NCBI GenBank assembly: GCA_013265495.1 | Contig: MU061579.1 | Location: forward strand, 124,001 to 188,000 | Direction of reading: 5' to 3' | DNA from: Vicugna vicugna | Taxonomy: Eukaryota | DNA length: 64,000 bases | Part shown: in pieces, positions 53,415 to 64,000 of the stretch | Layout: every line of letters starts with the position of its first letter | How positions within the stretch are numbered: the stretch's first letter is position 1 | The notes under the pieces: model-generated | Databases searched by the model: none | What the model was told of the DNA's origin: nothing | The model's input: only the letters and a program-made list of their open reading frames with translations | Position numbers and translations under genes: made by a program

Positions 53415-54046
53415 TTTATTTTATTTTATATATATGTTTATTCAAGTATAATCAGTTTATAATGTGTCAATTTCTGATGTATATTGTAGTACTTCATCTT
53501 ACAGTAACATAGATATATTCGCTTTCATACTCTTTTTCACCATAGGCTACTACAAGATATTGAATATAGTTCCTAGAGCTATACAATATAAACTTGTTGT
53601 TTATCTATTTTATATACAGTAATCAGTATCTGCAAATCTTGAACTCCCAATTTATCCCTTTCCACCCCCTGCCCTTCAGGTAACTATGTGTCTTCTGTGT
53701 CTGTGAGTCTGTTTTGTTAATAAGTTTGTTTGTCTTTTTTTTTTTTTAGATTCCATCTATAAGTGATATCCTATGGTATTTTTCTTTCTCTTTCTGGCTT
53801 ACTTCACTTAGAATGACATTCTCCAGATCCATCCATGTTGTTGTAAATGGCATTATTTTATTGTGTCTGGTGACTGAGTAGTATTCCATTGTGTAAATAT
53901 ACCACAACTTCTTTATCCAGTCATCTGTCAATGGACATTTAGGTTGTTCCCATGTCTTGGCTTTTGTCAATAGTGCTGCTGTGAACACTGGGGTGCATGT
54001 ATCTTTTTGAATGTATGTATAGATGTGTGCCCAGGAGTGGGATTGT
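53415..54046 (-). mobile_element. Young 5'-truncated L1 (ORF2 end plus 3' UTR)
   Basis: IQKDTCTPVFTAALLTKAKTWEQPKCPLTDDWIKKLWYIYTMEYYS; similar to 11280-11900. Confidence 0.92.
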
Positions 54047-54070
54047 AATGCACACCTAGTTGTTGGGGAC

Positions 54071-54616
54071 TGTAGAGCTGCAAAATTTGCCACCTTGAAA
54101 TGTCTCTTTAGTAAGCAGGCTCTTTGGTAACTGAAAACAATCAAGGCCCAAATGACTCAGGAAGAAATTTTGACCTTCTCCCTTACTGCCTACAAGAGAA
54201 GTGCCTATTACTGGAATAGAACTATCACCAGAGATACCTGCAAAGGATATGTGCTAGGTTGGTGGGGGAAACTCAGGCAAGATCAGGGTCCACCCGGTGT
54301 CCCCATGGTCTCTGCATGACCTAGCAAACATTTATTTACAAAACATTTGCTTTTCCATCTTCATGTGAATTACCTTCCTCCCCTTTGAAGTCCCAATCCA
54401 TAACCCCTAACTTTCTCTTTTGCCTTTAGCTGAAGATGGTATTTAAAGTGAAGGTGTTAGCCATTTTGGCAAGTTACTCAGTTTCCTGGGTCTCCTGTGT
54501 ATCCATGTTATTAAACTTTGTTTGATTTTCTCCTATTAATATGTTAATGTCAATTTAATTCTGAGACCAGCCAGAAGAACCCAGAAGGGTAGAAGAAAAT
54601 TTCTTTCTCCTAGACA
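54071..54616 (+). mobile_element. MER34-like ERV1 solo LTR
   Basis: TG...CA termini; perfect GGAC target duplication (54067-54070, 54617-54620); ATTAAA at ~54510. Confidence 0.9.
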
Positions 54617-55047
54617 GGACGCAACTGGGAGAGTTACCATGAGCAGGTCACAACCCAGTTGGTTTAATCAGTATCATTCACAATTTCCAAGAGTCTTGAA
54701 AGTGGTGGGAGAATATTTTTATTATGTCCATCATGTAAGTGAGAAAACAGGTTCAGAGTCTAGTGTTAGGGAATTTGTCAGATTTGTCTCTTGAAAGCAA
54801 CGAGCATATTAGGTTCCCTCTTGGAAGTACATCACAGAGAGTTTTCCTGTTTTGGTCTTAGTTTGCAGGAAGCTTAGAGTCAGATGAAAGATTAACCTTT
54901 ACTGTTAGCACGTTCATTTTTTTCTTATGAGCTCTGTTCTTGATTTTTCAATTATCTCTTATTCATTGGTCATACATGTCACTATAAAATTGTTACAAAT
55001 CTGTTCTACATGTCAGAAATACAAATAAGTAATATAAATTATCTTTT

Positions 55048-55101
55048 TTTAAAAATTGAAGTGTAGCTAGTTACAATGTGTCGATCTCTGGTGTGTAGCA
55101 T
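55048..55101 (-). mobile_element. Extremely 5'-truncated L1 3' tip
   Basis: Resembles the L1 tail at ~53440-53485; 11-bp duplication AATTATCTTTT on both sides. Confidence 0.75.
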
Positions 55102-58100
55102 AATTATCTTTTATGTAAGGTTACATAAATTGGGACTGATATTAAAATACAAGTTCTGTGTACCAAAATATAGATTTATTTCCATTTCCACTGCTGTTTT
55201 GAAACTCAAAAGCATCCTCAAATCATTTTAAGTTTCTAACTTACTGTTATTTCCATAGTTTTATTTTCTTTCCATTTCTCAGATTATTTCATTAACTAAT
55301 CACAATAATTTTTGTCCAGCATCTTTTTAATTTGCCATTTATTTATTCTATTTTTACTTGACTCCCTAAGCACAGATTGTTAATTCCAAATGCAATTGGA
55401 CACTTGCCTGGAATTGAAACAAATGTGATCTGTAAATTATAACCTATGTTGGCAATAAGGCAGTTGGCTGTGTTTTAAAAATAATTTTTATTCTAAAAAG
55501 TAAAGGTCATTGAGTTAGGGAGTTTTTAAAAAGATGGCAGTTAAGAAACTTGCCATATAATTACGTGTGTTCACACATATATTCATATACATATGTACAT
55601 TCATATTATATAAATGTATGCTATTCACTGAAGAGATATATAAAGAGCAAGTCTTACAATTAAGAAGTCATTGGTCATTCCTGATAAAGGACTTAAGAGA
55701 GAAGCTCAGATAATCTTAAAAGGGTAAAAAATATATTGCTTTCTCACCTGGCATCAGAATTTTCTTAAATAAGAGTCTTTTTTAAAGTAAAATGTCTTGC
55801 CAACCCATGTTGGATCTAGACATTGAGATCCAGAGATACTATTTGGAAAGTAATAGTGAAATTCAAAGATGGCCTAAGGACTTTGAATTTGAGGGTGGAG
55901 GATATGGAGAAAGGAGGAAAGTAAATTGGATTGGAAGAATTGGAACCGTAGAATATGACTGGATTTTGGAGATTGGAGTGGTGGGAGAACATGGTCAAGA
56001 AATAAATTTCCCATTAGCAAATGACTTTATAAACAGGAAATTTCCTAATACTGTATTTCAAACTCTTTTGCTGTGGTAGAAACTTGCCCTCCCTCCAACT
56101 TCCTCAAGATGCAATTAAGTTCTGTATGCACAAATTTCATGGTTGCACACTTTTATTTTTAAAATTTTATTTAGTAGGGGAAAGTAGGCTATATCCCACC
56201 TTTAAAATGGCACTGGATGGAGAGACAAGATCATCTGCAGAATTTGAGGCGTGTGTGAAATCAAGTATGTGGTAGTTCTAAGTGGAAAAGGCATGATTAT
56301 TCCAACAAGAAGATTTGAGTAGATTTGATTTAAATACAAAAGAATAGAGTAAATTCACTAGGCATTTTGGATTCATTTCTGAACCATGAGGAACAATTTA
56401 AGTACTATCAAAGAGGTAAAGAATTGTATGGGATTCAGAGAACAGTGAATTCAGTTCAGAAATAGTTTAAGCACTTGGTTGTTTTAAAGAGAATACTTGG
56501 GGATGATTTGGGATTCTTCACAGTAAAGGAAACTTACTCCAGCAAAGGTAATATGTATTGAATACCTTTGGTTTTCAATACACTTATGCAACATCTCTGA
56601 GGGAAGGAATCTTAATGCCACAGTGATAAGATGGAGGGTGTTTTAAACAAAGACACTCAATAAAGAACATCCATGTCAATGGACAGAATGGATCCTGAAA
56701 TTGTGGGAGAGACACCCACCTTATGGTTATATAATCTTTATGAAAACTTGATAGGGTTTGTAACTGAGAGATCTTTTGATTTGGCTTCCCTGTTACTTAG
56801 ATGATTGATTGAATTTGTAGTATATTTTTGAGAAAGGAATAGTAGCTGGTTTATAAAACCTATCCATCTCTCTTATCAAAATGGGGCCATTGAGATATTT
56901 GTAGAGTTGTGTGTGATTTTTGGCCACATTTGAGAATGACCAGCATGTACATGGTATTAAAATCTGTATGTACTGATGAGGTCACATAGATCGTAGTGGT
57001 GGAGACAGAAGTAAAAAAAGGTCATAGAAACAAGCTTGAGTTGCTTCAAAATTTAAAGATAAGAAACGGGAAAGTGTTTCAGTAATGGAAGATGGATTAT
57101 AAAATTATTTAACCCTAATGAGACTCAAGTTCCTCTTGTATAAAATAGAATCTAGTTCAAACATATATTTAAAAACTTCAATTATTTAGCTCTTGAAAAA
57201 GTGGCTGTATTATTTAATAAATTTATTAAGTTCCCTAAGTGATTCTGATAAATAGTGAGCCACATTTCCACCAAAAATGGCTATCTTTAGAAAAAAATGT
57301 GTTTTGAACTATATTTTGAGTTAAATATATAATTGAGTAGCTTTCTATCCTGGTGTTTTGAAAGCATAAGCTTGGAAAAGTGTTTCACAAGGATTGTCTC
57401 AATATATATTTTTTATATCAAATTTACAGATTTGATGTGTTTTTTGTTTTTATCTGCCACTTTCCTTTTGTGTGTGTTCTCCTAATCGTGGTATACATCT
57501 AAGGACTCTACTCACTTCCAACTCAATTTACTCATTTTCGAGATGATTTTTCCTATGTGTGGATAAATCAATGTTTTCTAGAAAGCAAAAAGTTTAGGAC
57601 AGCCTGAAATTGACATTGTGTTAGGTGAATGAGTTGTTTGTAAATTTTTCTTCAAGTTCAAATTTACTTATGCAGAAGAGAGCTTTAAGTATTATGCACA
57701 TTGCTGTGGGCAATAATTGATCATTTATGTTCCTTTGGATAAAGCAAGTTTAATGTAAATCACAGGAAAAAAATCTAAACATTAATTAGCAAATTGTAGT
57801 TTTCTTTTTTAAAATTCTGCTGTAATGTCTCTGGGCCTTTGGTGTATAGGGCGACACACTGTTCTTACATACTTTTTTTTAAAGCTTCAAATCAAATACA
57901 AATTTGGTTTAACTTCTGGTATCTGTATGTAGGAAGGAAATTTTGTAATAGAAAATACTGACATGAATTTGAAAGTGGCATTGTCATTGCTGAAATAAAA
58001 ATTAATCATTATTTTCTTATGCAAATTAGTTAAATCTAGTTAGAGAGTTTTTCACATGGAAATCAGGGTGAACATCTTCACCTTCTCTATTTATGGATAC

Positions 58101-58659
58101 AAACCATAAAACTTAACAGTTAAATTCATTGTTTCACCTGTGAATGCCTAGCCCACCTCAGTCAGATTTTATGCTTATTGAGGGCAGAACATCTTCACAT
58201 GGCTTTTGTATTTCTGTGATAATGTTTTTTGTCCACAGCAAATCATTTAAAAATAATTCATTGGATCATTTTAAATTACCTTATGTGCCTGAAGTTTTAC
58301 TCTCGATTTTACACGAATGGTTTGGAGCGGTATTGCAAGGACTTGATCATGAACAAAATAAGAACTTAAGGGTAAAAATAAATAAATATTAAAAATTCAC
58401 ATTGCTCAGTGGTCAGTGACACTTTTGGGTCATATCAAACACATTATGAAAGAAATCTGAGAAAAGTTCTTATAATTTTCAACATGTATATTTAGTATTC
58501 AAGTGATTAATTTATGGTAAACTTTCGGTAAGTGAAGGATACTGTTGGGTTCTTTAGGATGACCATTAAAATAATAGTTAATAGAGAAGAAATAATAAAA
58601 ACAAAATTCAGGCAGTAAGGAGAGAAAACAAATGAACACAGATGTTTGTGGATAAGTAA

Positions 58660-58970
58660 AAAAGTTCTCCAGAGAAACAGAACCAATGCCAGGTATAACT
58701 ACAATTACAGATATAGATACTGATACAGATCAATTCTTTTCTGTACATAAGAGAAAGAGAGAGGAGGAGAGAGATGGTCATTTTTTAGTTTATAGAAAGT
58801 TGGCTATGTGATGGTAGAGACTGAAGAATCACACCAACTGGAGGCGAACAGGAAAGCTGATGGGATATAGTTCCAGTCTGAGTCCAAACACCTGTGAACA
58901 AAGGGAGCCGGTGGCGTACTTTCCAGTCTGAGTCCAGGAGAAGACTGATGTCTGAGCTCAAGGAGTCAGG
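58660..58970 (-). mobile_element. MLT2-like (ERVL) LTR fragment
   Basis: gttctccagagaaacagaaccaat; twice ttccagtctgagtcca; ggagaagactgatgtc. Confidence 0.8.
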
Positions 58971-59679
58971 TATTTCACTGATACTTTAAAAGGGGAGAGG
59001 TGGGTGGGTATAAGATGTAGCTTTCATCCGTAGACCCTTCCAAATTGGTATAATGTTATGCAGACCTGTGACATGCAGTAAAGTGTGCACATTTATGCAT
59101 TTCTGTTGAAATGGTTAACTTGTAGAAGCCTTTGGAAAGCTGTTAGCATTATGTAAAAAGAAACTTAGCTCACTGTGTTTAGAGCCACTTGAAATGGTAA
59201 GTCCACTGTTATAAACGTCTTTTAAGAAAACAATTACAATTTTGAAAAGTAAAACGTGTTCTAAATGAACACAGATTTATAATGGTGGCTATGTAGAGTA
59301 ACCTAAAGGCCTAACTATCCTTGAATACTTACTGTTTTAATAAAATATTATGAAGTCTTAATAAGATTTTTAAAAGATGGTATAATAATATGAAAAATGC
59401 TTACAATATGTGAGATTAAGAAAGCAGCATATAAAATTTCGCAGATACCATGTTCACAGTTATACAAATATTGTGTGAGATTAGAAAGAAACCAACAAGA
59501 AGCAATAGTGTTTAAGGTAGGCGTTATTAAAGTGGGTGATGTAATTTCTCTTTCTGTTGTTTTGTATTTTTACACTAAGTATTCATTATACTTTTATGGA
59601 AAATGTGCATTAAATGTTATCCAACCTTTTACCCTCTTAGGAGAAATGCAGATTAAAAAATGTTCTGTTAGACATTTTG

Positions 59680-59900
59680 ATAAATGAGTAAGAATCAGGG
59701 CTCTGATGTGAGGTATGAGTTTGAACCTGGCTTCTCACTTCAAACACTCTAAGACTTTGGGTAAATTATATTACCTGCTGAATGTTAGTTTCCTCATCTA
59801 AAAATTTCCGTTATAATAATATCTAACGTACAGGATTATTGAAAGTTCTAAATGAGATAATGTATGTAAAGCACAGAACAGAGTTTTAAGTTGCTTCAAC
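59680..59900 (+). mobile_element. MIR
   Basis: gagtttgaacctggc...ttgggtaaatta...gtttcctcatctaaaa...aaatgagataatgtatgtaaagcac. Confidence 0.8.
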
Positions 59901-60289
59901 AGAAAAAACTTGGCAGTAAAGTGGTCAATAAATCAATGATGTTCGTAAATAATCATAATTATGCCTTCAACAGGATGAAAAACATAAATTACCTGAATCC
60001 AATTTTTAACCTAAAGAAAAACAAACATGTAACTCCATACATTTTACACTTAGAAAAGTGAATGAGCCAATGTTGTTAGAAAATCTAAGTATCCATCTTG
60101 GTTAAAAATGAATAGTGGAATAATAATAATTGAAAATAACTCAGATTTCACCATTCTAGGTCAGATAACCAGCTGCAGTGTGTTCTACCATGAAATGTAG
60201 CTCAACAAAACATACACGAGTTCTTTTCCATAAATTCCTAATCTTGTGGATAATGTCAAGAAAAATTCTAGTTTAAGAATTTTAAGTAA

Positions 60290-60528
60290 TAAGAGGTGCA
60301 GACTTCCAGCTGCAAAATAAATGAGGGACCGGGATGAAACGTACAGCATGGGGAATATGGGGAATAATATTGTAATAACTTTGTATGGTGACTGATGATC
60401 ATGTAATGATATATAGAATGATACATAGAATGATATATAGAAATGATATATAGAAATATCAAATCACTGTTTGTGCACCTGGAACTCACATAGTGTAGGT
60501 CATTTATACTTCAATAAAAGAAAAAATA
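60290..60528 (+). mobile_element. L1 3' UTR fragment with internal 12-13-bp tandem repeat
   Basis: cagacttccagctgcaaaataaat...tacttcaataaaagaaaaaat; (ATGATATATAGA)x4 at ~60406-60455. Confidence 0.85.
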
Positions 60529-60926
60529 ATAATTCCAAGTGGAATTTAATAGAGAAATTCAAGTTCTTTGAACTTTTATGTTTAAAGTTGTACCTCCATA
60601 TCTAGTCCTTTAAACACTTATGCTTTAGAAAGAGTCCTTTGATCTAACTATGCTTACGTGGACAAATTCTCTTATAAATAACTGAAGCTGATTCAATACT
60701 CTTTCCTTAGTGTGCAAAGAGGAACTCAGGGGAGGAGACGGGAGGAGTGGTGTGTAAGAGAGGAGCAGGTGAACTAGACAGAAATCCAAAATCCAGGCAG
60801 AGCAGCTTAGCTCCATTTGTTGTGTATGTTGACCTCTCAAATGAGCATTTCCTTTGAAGAAATGTTCATGCACCATAATTGCTTTTTTTTAAAATGTTTG
60901 TTATGAAGTTTACCTCAAAACAATTT

Positions 60927-61051
60927 CTTTTTTTTTAAATTAGGTTTATTTATTTATTTATTTGATTTTTCAGTGGAGGTACTGGGAATTGAACCCAGGA
61001 CATTAGGCGTGCTAGACCTGCACTCTGCCACTTGAGCCATACCCTCCCGCC
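60927..61051 (-). mobile_element. tRNA-derived SINE, camelid-type
   Basis: Minus strand: A box TGGCTCAAGTGG, B box GGTTCAATTCC, (TAAA)n-CCTAATT-poly(A) tail; degenerate CCTCAAA flanks. Confidence 0.85.
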
Positions 61052-61219
61052 TCAAACTTGCTTTAAAACCACTATTTTAAACCAGTGGTCCTCACCCTGT
61101 ACACTGGGACACCTGGGAACAAAAATTCATTCCTAGGAGTTTTAAATCCATATGCACACTGAGGATTGCCTAAAGACTAAAAGAAAAGTTATGTGATCTG
61201 CATATGTGTAATGTACTTT

Positions 61220-61402
61220 TCATCTTTATTGAGGTATGATTGACAAATAAAGTTATATCTAAAGCATATATCAAGATGATTTGATATACATATACATGGT
61301 GAAGGGATTCCTCCCTTCACTCTAGTTACTATCAGATTAACACAATCACCACCATATATATGTGTGTGTGTGTATGTGTGTGTGTATATATATATATATA
61401 TG
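61220..61402 (-). mobile_element. L1MA-like 3' tip plus (TA)/(TG) microsatellite
   Basis: tttattgaggtatgattgaca...gatgatttgatatacatatacatggtgaa. Confidence 0.7.
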
Positions 61403-64000
61403 TATGAGAATATATAATTCAAATGTTGGTAGATGAAAGTGTGTTTAATAAAACATATTTATTTATGGAGCTTTGGTCAGTGGATATTTTCTCAATTAAT
61501 GGAAGTAAAAGCATAATCATTGTAAAGAGAAGGTTGTAAAATTTTGATTATTTTATAGAGAAAAACAATATATATGTTAAAAAGATTGAGAGCCTACTAT
61601 TCCAAAATCCATACAGTTTAATATGTTTTTATCTGAAGGTAGTCTTTTTTTGATACTGTAATTTTATCTTTGAGATGAGATCGTGGCAGGGAGTGGGTAT
61701 GGGTCTGTGATTGATACAGTTGTGAGAAGTGACTGTTTTTAAGTTTGCCAGGTTTCAAATTACTGACTTACGTTAGTGCACATTCGCACTCACCTCTCCC
61801 TCTGCTCCGCATACACAAAATCATACACGTGCACAAACACCAGACTTTCCTGCCAATTTCAGTACCTATCGGTATGCCCCAGGGTCATAGAAGTATTACA
61901 CACTGGTGAGAGGTTTTAAGGAAATACTGATGGAGGCACACCAAAGTAGTTAGAAGACTAAGAACATTAAATTTTTTTAATTGAATGAAAGGGGAGTAAA
62001 GGAAGAACTTTTGGTTTGGTTTATAATCAAAGTTGTGAGAAATGCAGCATCAAAGACAGGGATCAAAGGAAAAGTTAGTCTGTTTATCCAGAAGGCTCAC
62101 TTCCTCTCTCTTGCCACTTCGTGCTTTCTTAAGTACTAGTCCTTTCCTTACACTGCCTGCTGCGTTCTCCTGTCACCTGGGTCGAATGTCAGTCTGGGCC
62201 AGGGTGTCTAAGGTAATGTCCCATGTTTAAGACAATGAAAGGTTTCCGATGTGGATAATCTCTCACAAATTGACTATAGGATGCATTGAAAATGGGACAA
62301 GTGGCTAAAGCAATCTCTTAGCCTACAGCCTGCAGTCACAAACCTTTATTTTCTTCCTGGCATAATTATTTTAAAAGCAACAACCATAATCAATATTTTG
62401 TTTAACTATGAGACTTAGAAAGTCAATCATTCATTAGTGGCAATTCTAGAAATCCTCATAGACTTCTAGCTCTTTCAAATTAAGACTATAAATGATACTT
62501 GGCTGATTTTTAAAATTTTAACCTGAAGATACTTTGGGGATTTTTATATTAAAAGTGAACTTCAAAAAAAATAATTAGTTTTAGCTTATATTTCTCAAAA
62601 AAGCCATAATTAATTCTATTTAAAAATTATTTAAACAGTTCTCCTAAAAATGACTACTGAAAGCCATTAGGAAATAAAATAGTGAGATTTTAAAATGGAT
62701 GACAAGTGCTCCTAATTTATGTACTACTTCATTGTACTGGTGTGCAATGTAAAAAACTTTATTTTTCTTTCAGGGAAACAATTATTTCATCAACCATAAT
62801 TTCTGTTCTTTTATCTAATTATAATTCATCAGTAAAATATTGCTTAGTCCTAAATCAGCTGAAATAATAAAATATTGAAAAGTGTATTTTAAAAGATACT
62901 GGCATCTAAAGGCAAACATATGTGATGACTCTGTAAGAATAATTGACTTACTGCACTCAAATTTTTCAAGTTACTATCATTTTTAGTGTGTACTCTGGTT
63001 CTTTAACAAACACTTTAAAATAATTATAACATATCTGCTTTTAAGAAGAGTTAGTTCTTCGTAAGTAACATGTTTTTAACCTCTACTTTCATGCAAAATA
63101 TGTATTCTAGTTTTCATTTTACGGTTGAGAAGACCGAGATTTAGACAAATTAATTTACTCAGTTTCTTGAGAAAATATATCCATAGCTTCTATTATTCAT
63201 TTAATGTGATTTTAAATGCTATGTGTTTCTAGACAAACATCTCTGCAGATTGCCGTTTCATTGCTGCTATTTCATTTCTATACTTCTCTGTCTCATTCTT
63301 TTCCTCTTTCTATGAATTCCTGTAACGGAAAATTCTAAAAACTGGAATCAGTAAAGTTGCAGACGAGTGTGGGGCAATGTATTTAATTACAACCAACTAA
63401 CTGTCTTATACAGGTAGATAATCATTCATTAATTAATCATTCATTAATCCTTACACATATTCACTTATGTGACAGTTGATGTAGAGAATTGCTATTCATT
63501 ATCTTATTTCACTGTAAAATAAAATATACCAGAAATTTTGTGTTGCTCCTTCACTGTGTACAACACCATGAGGATTACTTCAGACTTATTATATATTTGT
63601 GCACTGAATTGATAATTATTGTAATAACCATAACACATACATGAGATTATGGTGAGCCTCAAAGACGAGGACAAGCATTCTGAAAAATTCTTCAAGTTCT
63701 GAATTGCAGAGCAAGTGGGAAATAGTAGTTTATGCAAGACGTGAGGACAAGGAAACAAGACCATCTCTAATAAGGAATTGGTAGGTTGGAAGACTGGCCA
63801 GAGACACTGATAATGATGAGCACATATTTTGATTACTCATATTTTAGGTAAATTCATGATTAATAGAAAACTTTTATAAAATGTTGGAAGTCTTTCTGAT
63901 TTGTTGTCAAACACCTTTCTATTTAAATATTTATGCATTCATTCAGCAACTATTTATTGTGCTCCTATGAGTCATGTATTCTTTCATTCAGCAAGTATCT

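Noticed and set aside
53746..54144. 132-aa ORF starting in an LTR and running into L1
   Set aside because: Chance read-through across an antisense LTR and an L1 ORF2 end; no real ATG start
55792..56079. 95-aa ORF
   Set aside because: Purine-rich sequence resembling antisense L2; no recognisable domain
60975..61051. Possible tRNA gene
   Set aside because: Diverged stems plus an A-rich tail and flanking duplication indicate a SINE
1..64000. CRISPR array, operon, non-retroviral viral insertion, NUMT or processed pseudogene
   Set aside because: No repeat-spacer arrays, long ORFs, or mitochondrial or mRNA-like segments seen by eye; a highly decayed copy could have been missed

Overview
AT-rich, CpG-poor mammalian DNA, intergenic or deep intronic. 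A tRNA-derived SINE at ~60.9-61.05 kb and the young L1 3' ends resemble camelid (Camelus/Vicugna) repeats; this is recognition from memory, not a database result. I find no host protein-coding gene, RNA gene or CpG island. Every ORF I can interpret is a decayed LINE-1, ERV or L2 frame, or a low-complexity artefact. Much of the window is interspersed repeat: old and young L1s, L2, MIR, about a dozen LTRs, one ERV remnant (LTR, tRNA-Arg primer-binding site, gag) and two DNA transposons. Best observations: a twin-priming 5'-inverted L1; a nested ERV whose host LTR carries an APOA4-like peptide remnant; an orphan L1 5'UTR/ORF1 start; a strong minus-strand splice acceptor with a candidate 203-nt exon; and several repeat-free, motif-rich blocks that look like enhancers. 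I cannot support a novel multi-gene system. Repeat family names are from recalled consensus sequences and need RepeatMasker/Dfam confirmation; boundaries of old repeats are approximate.
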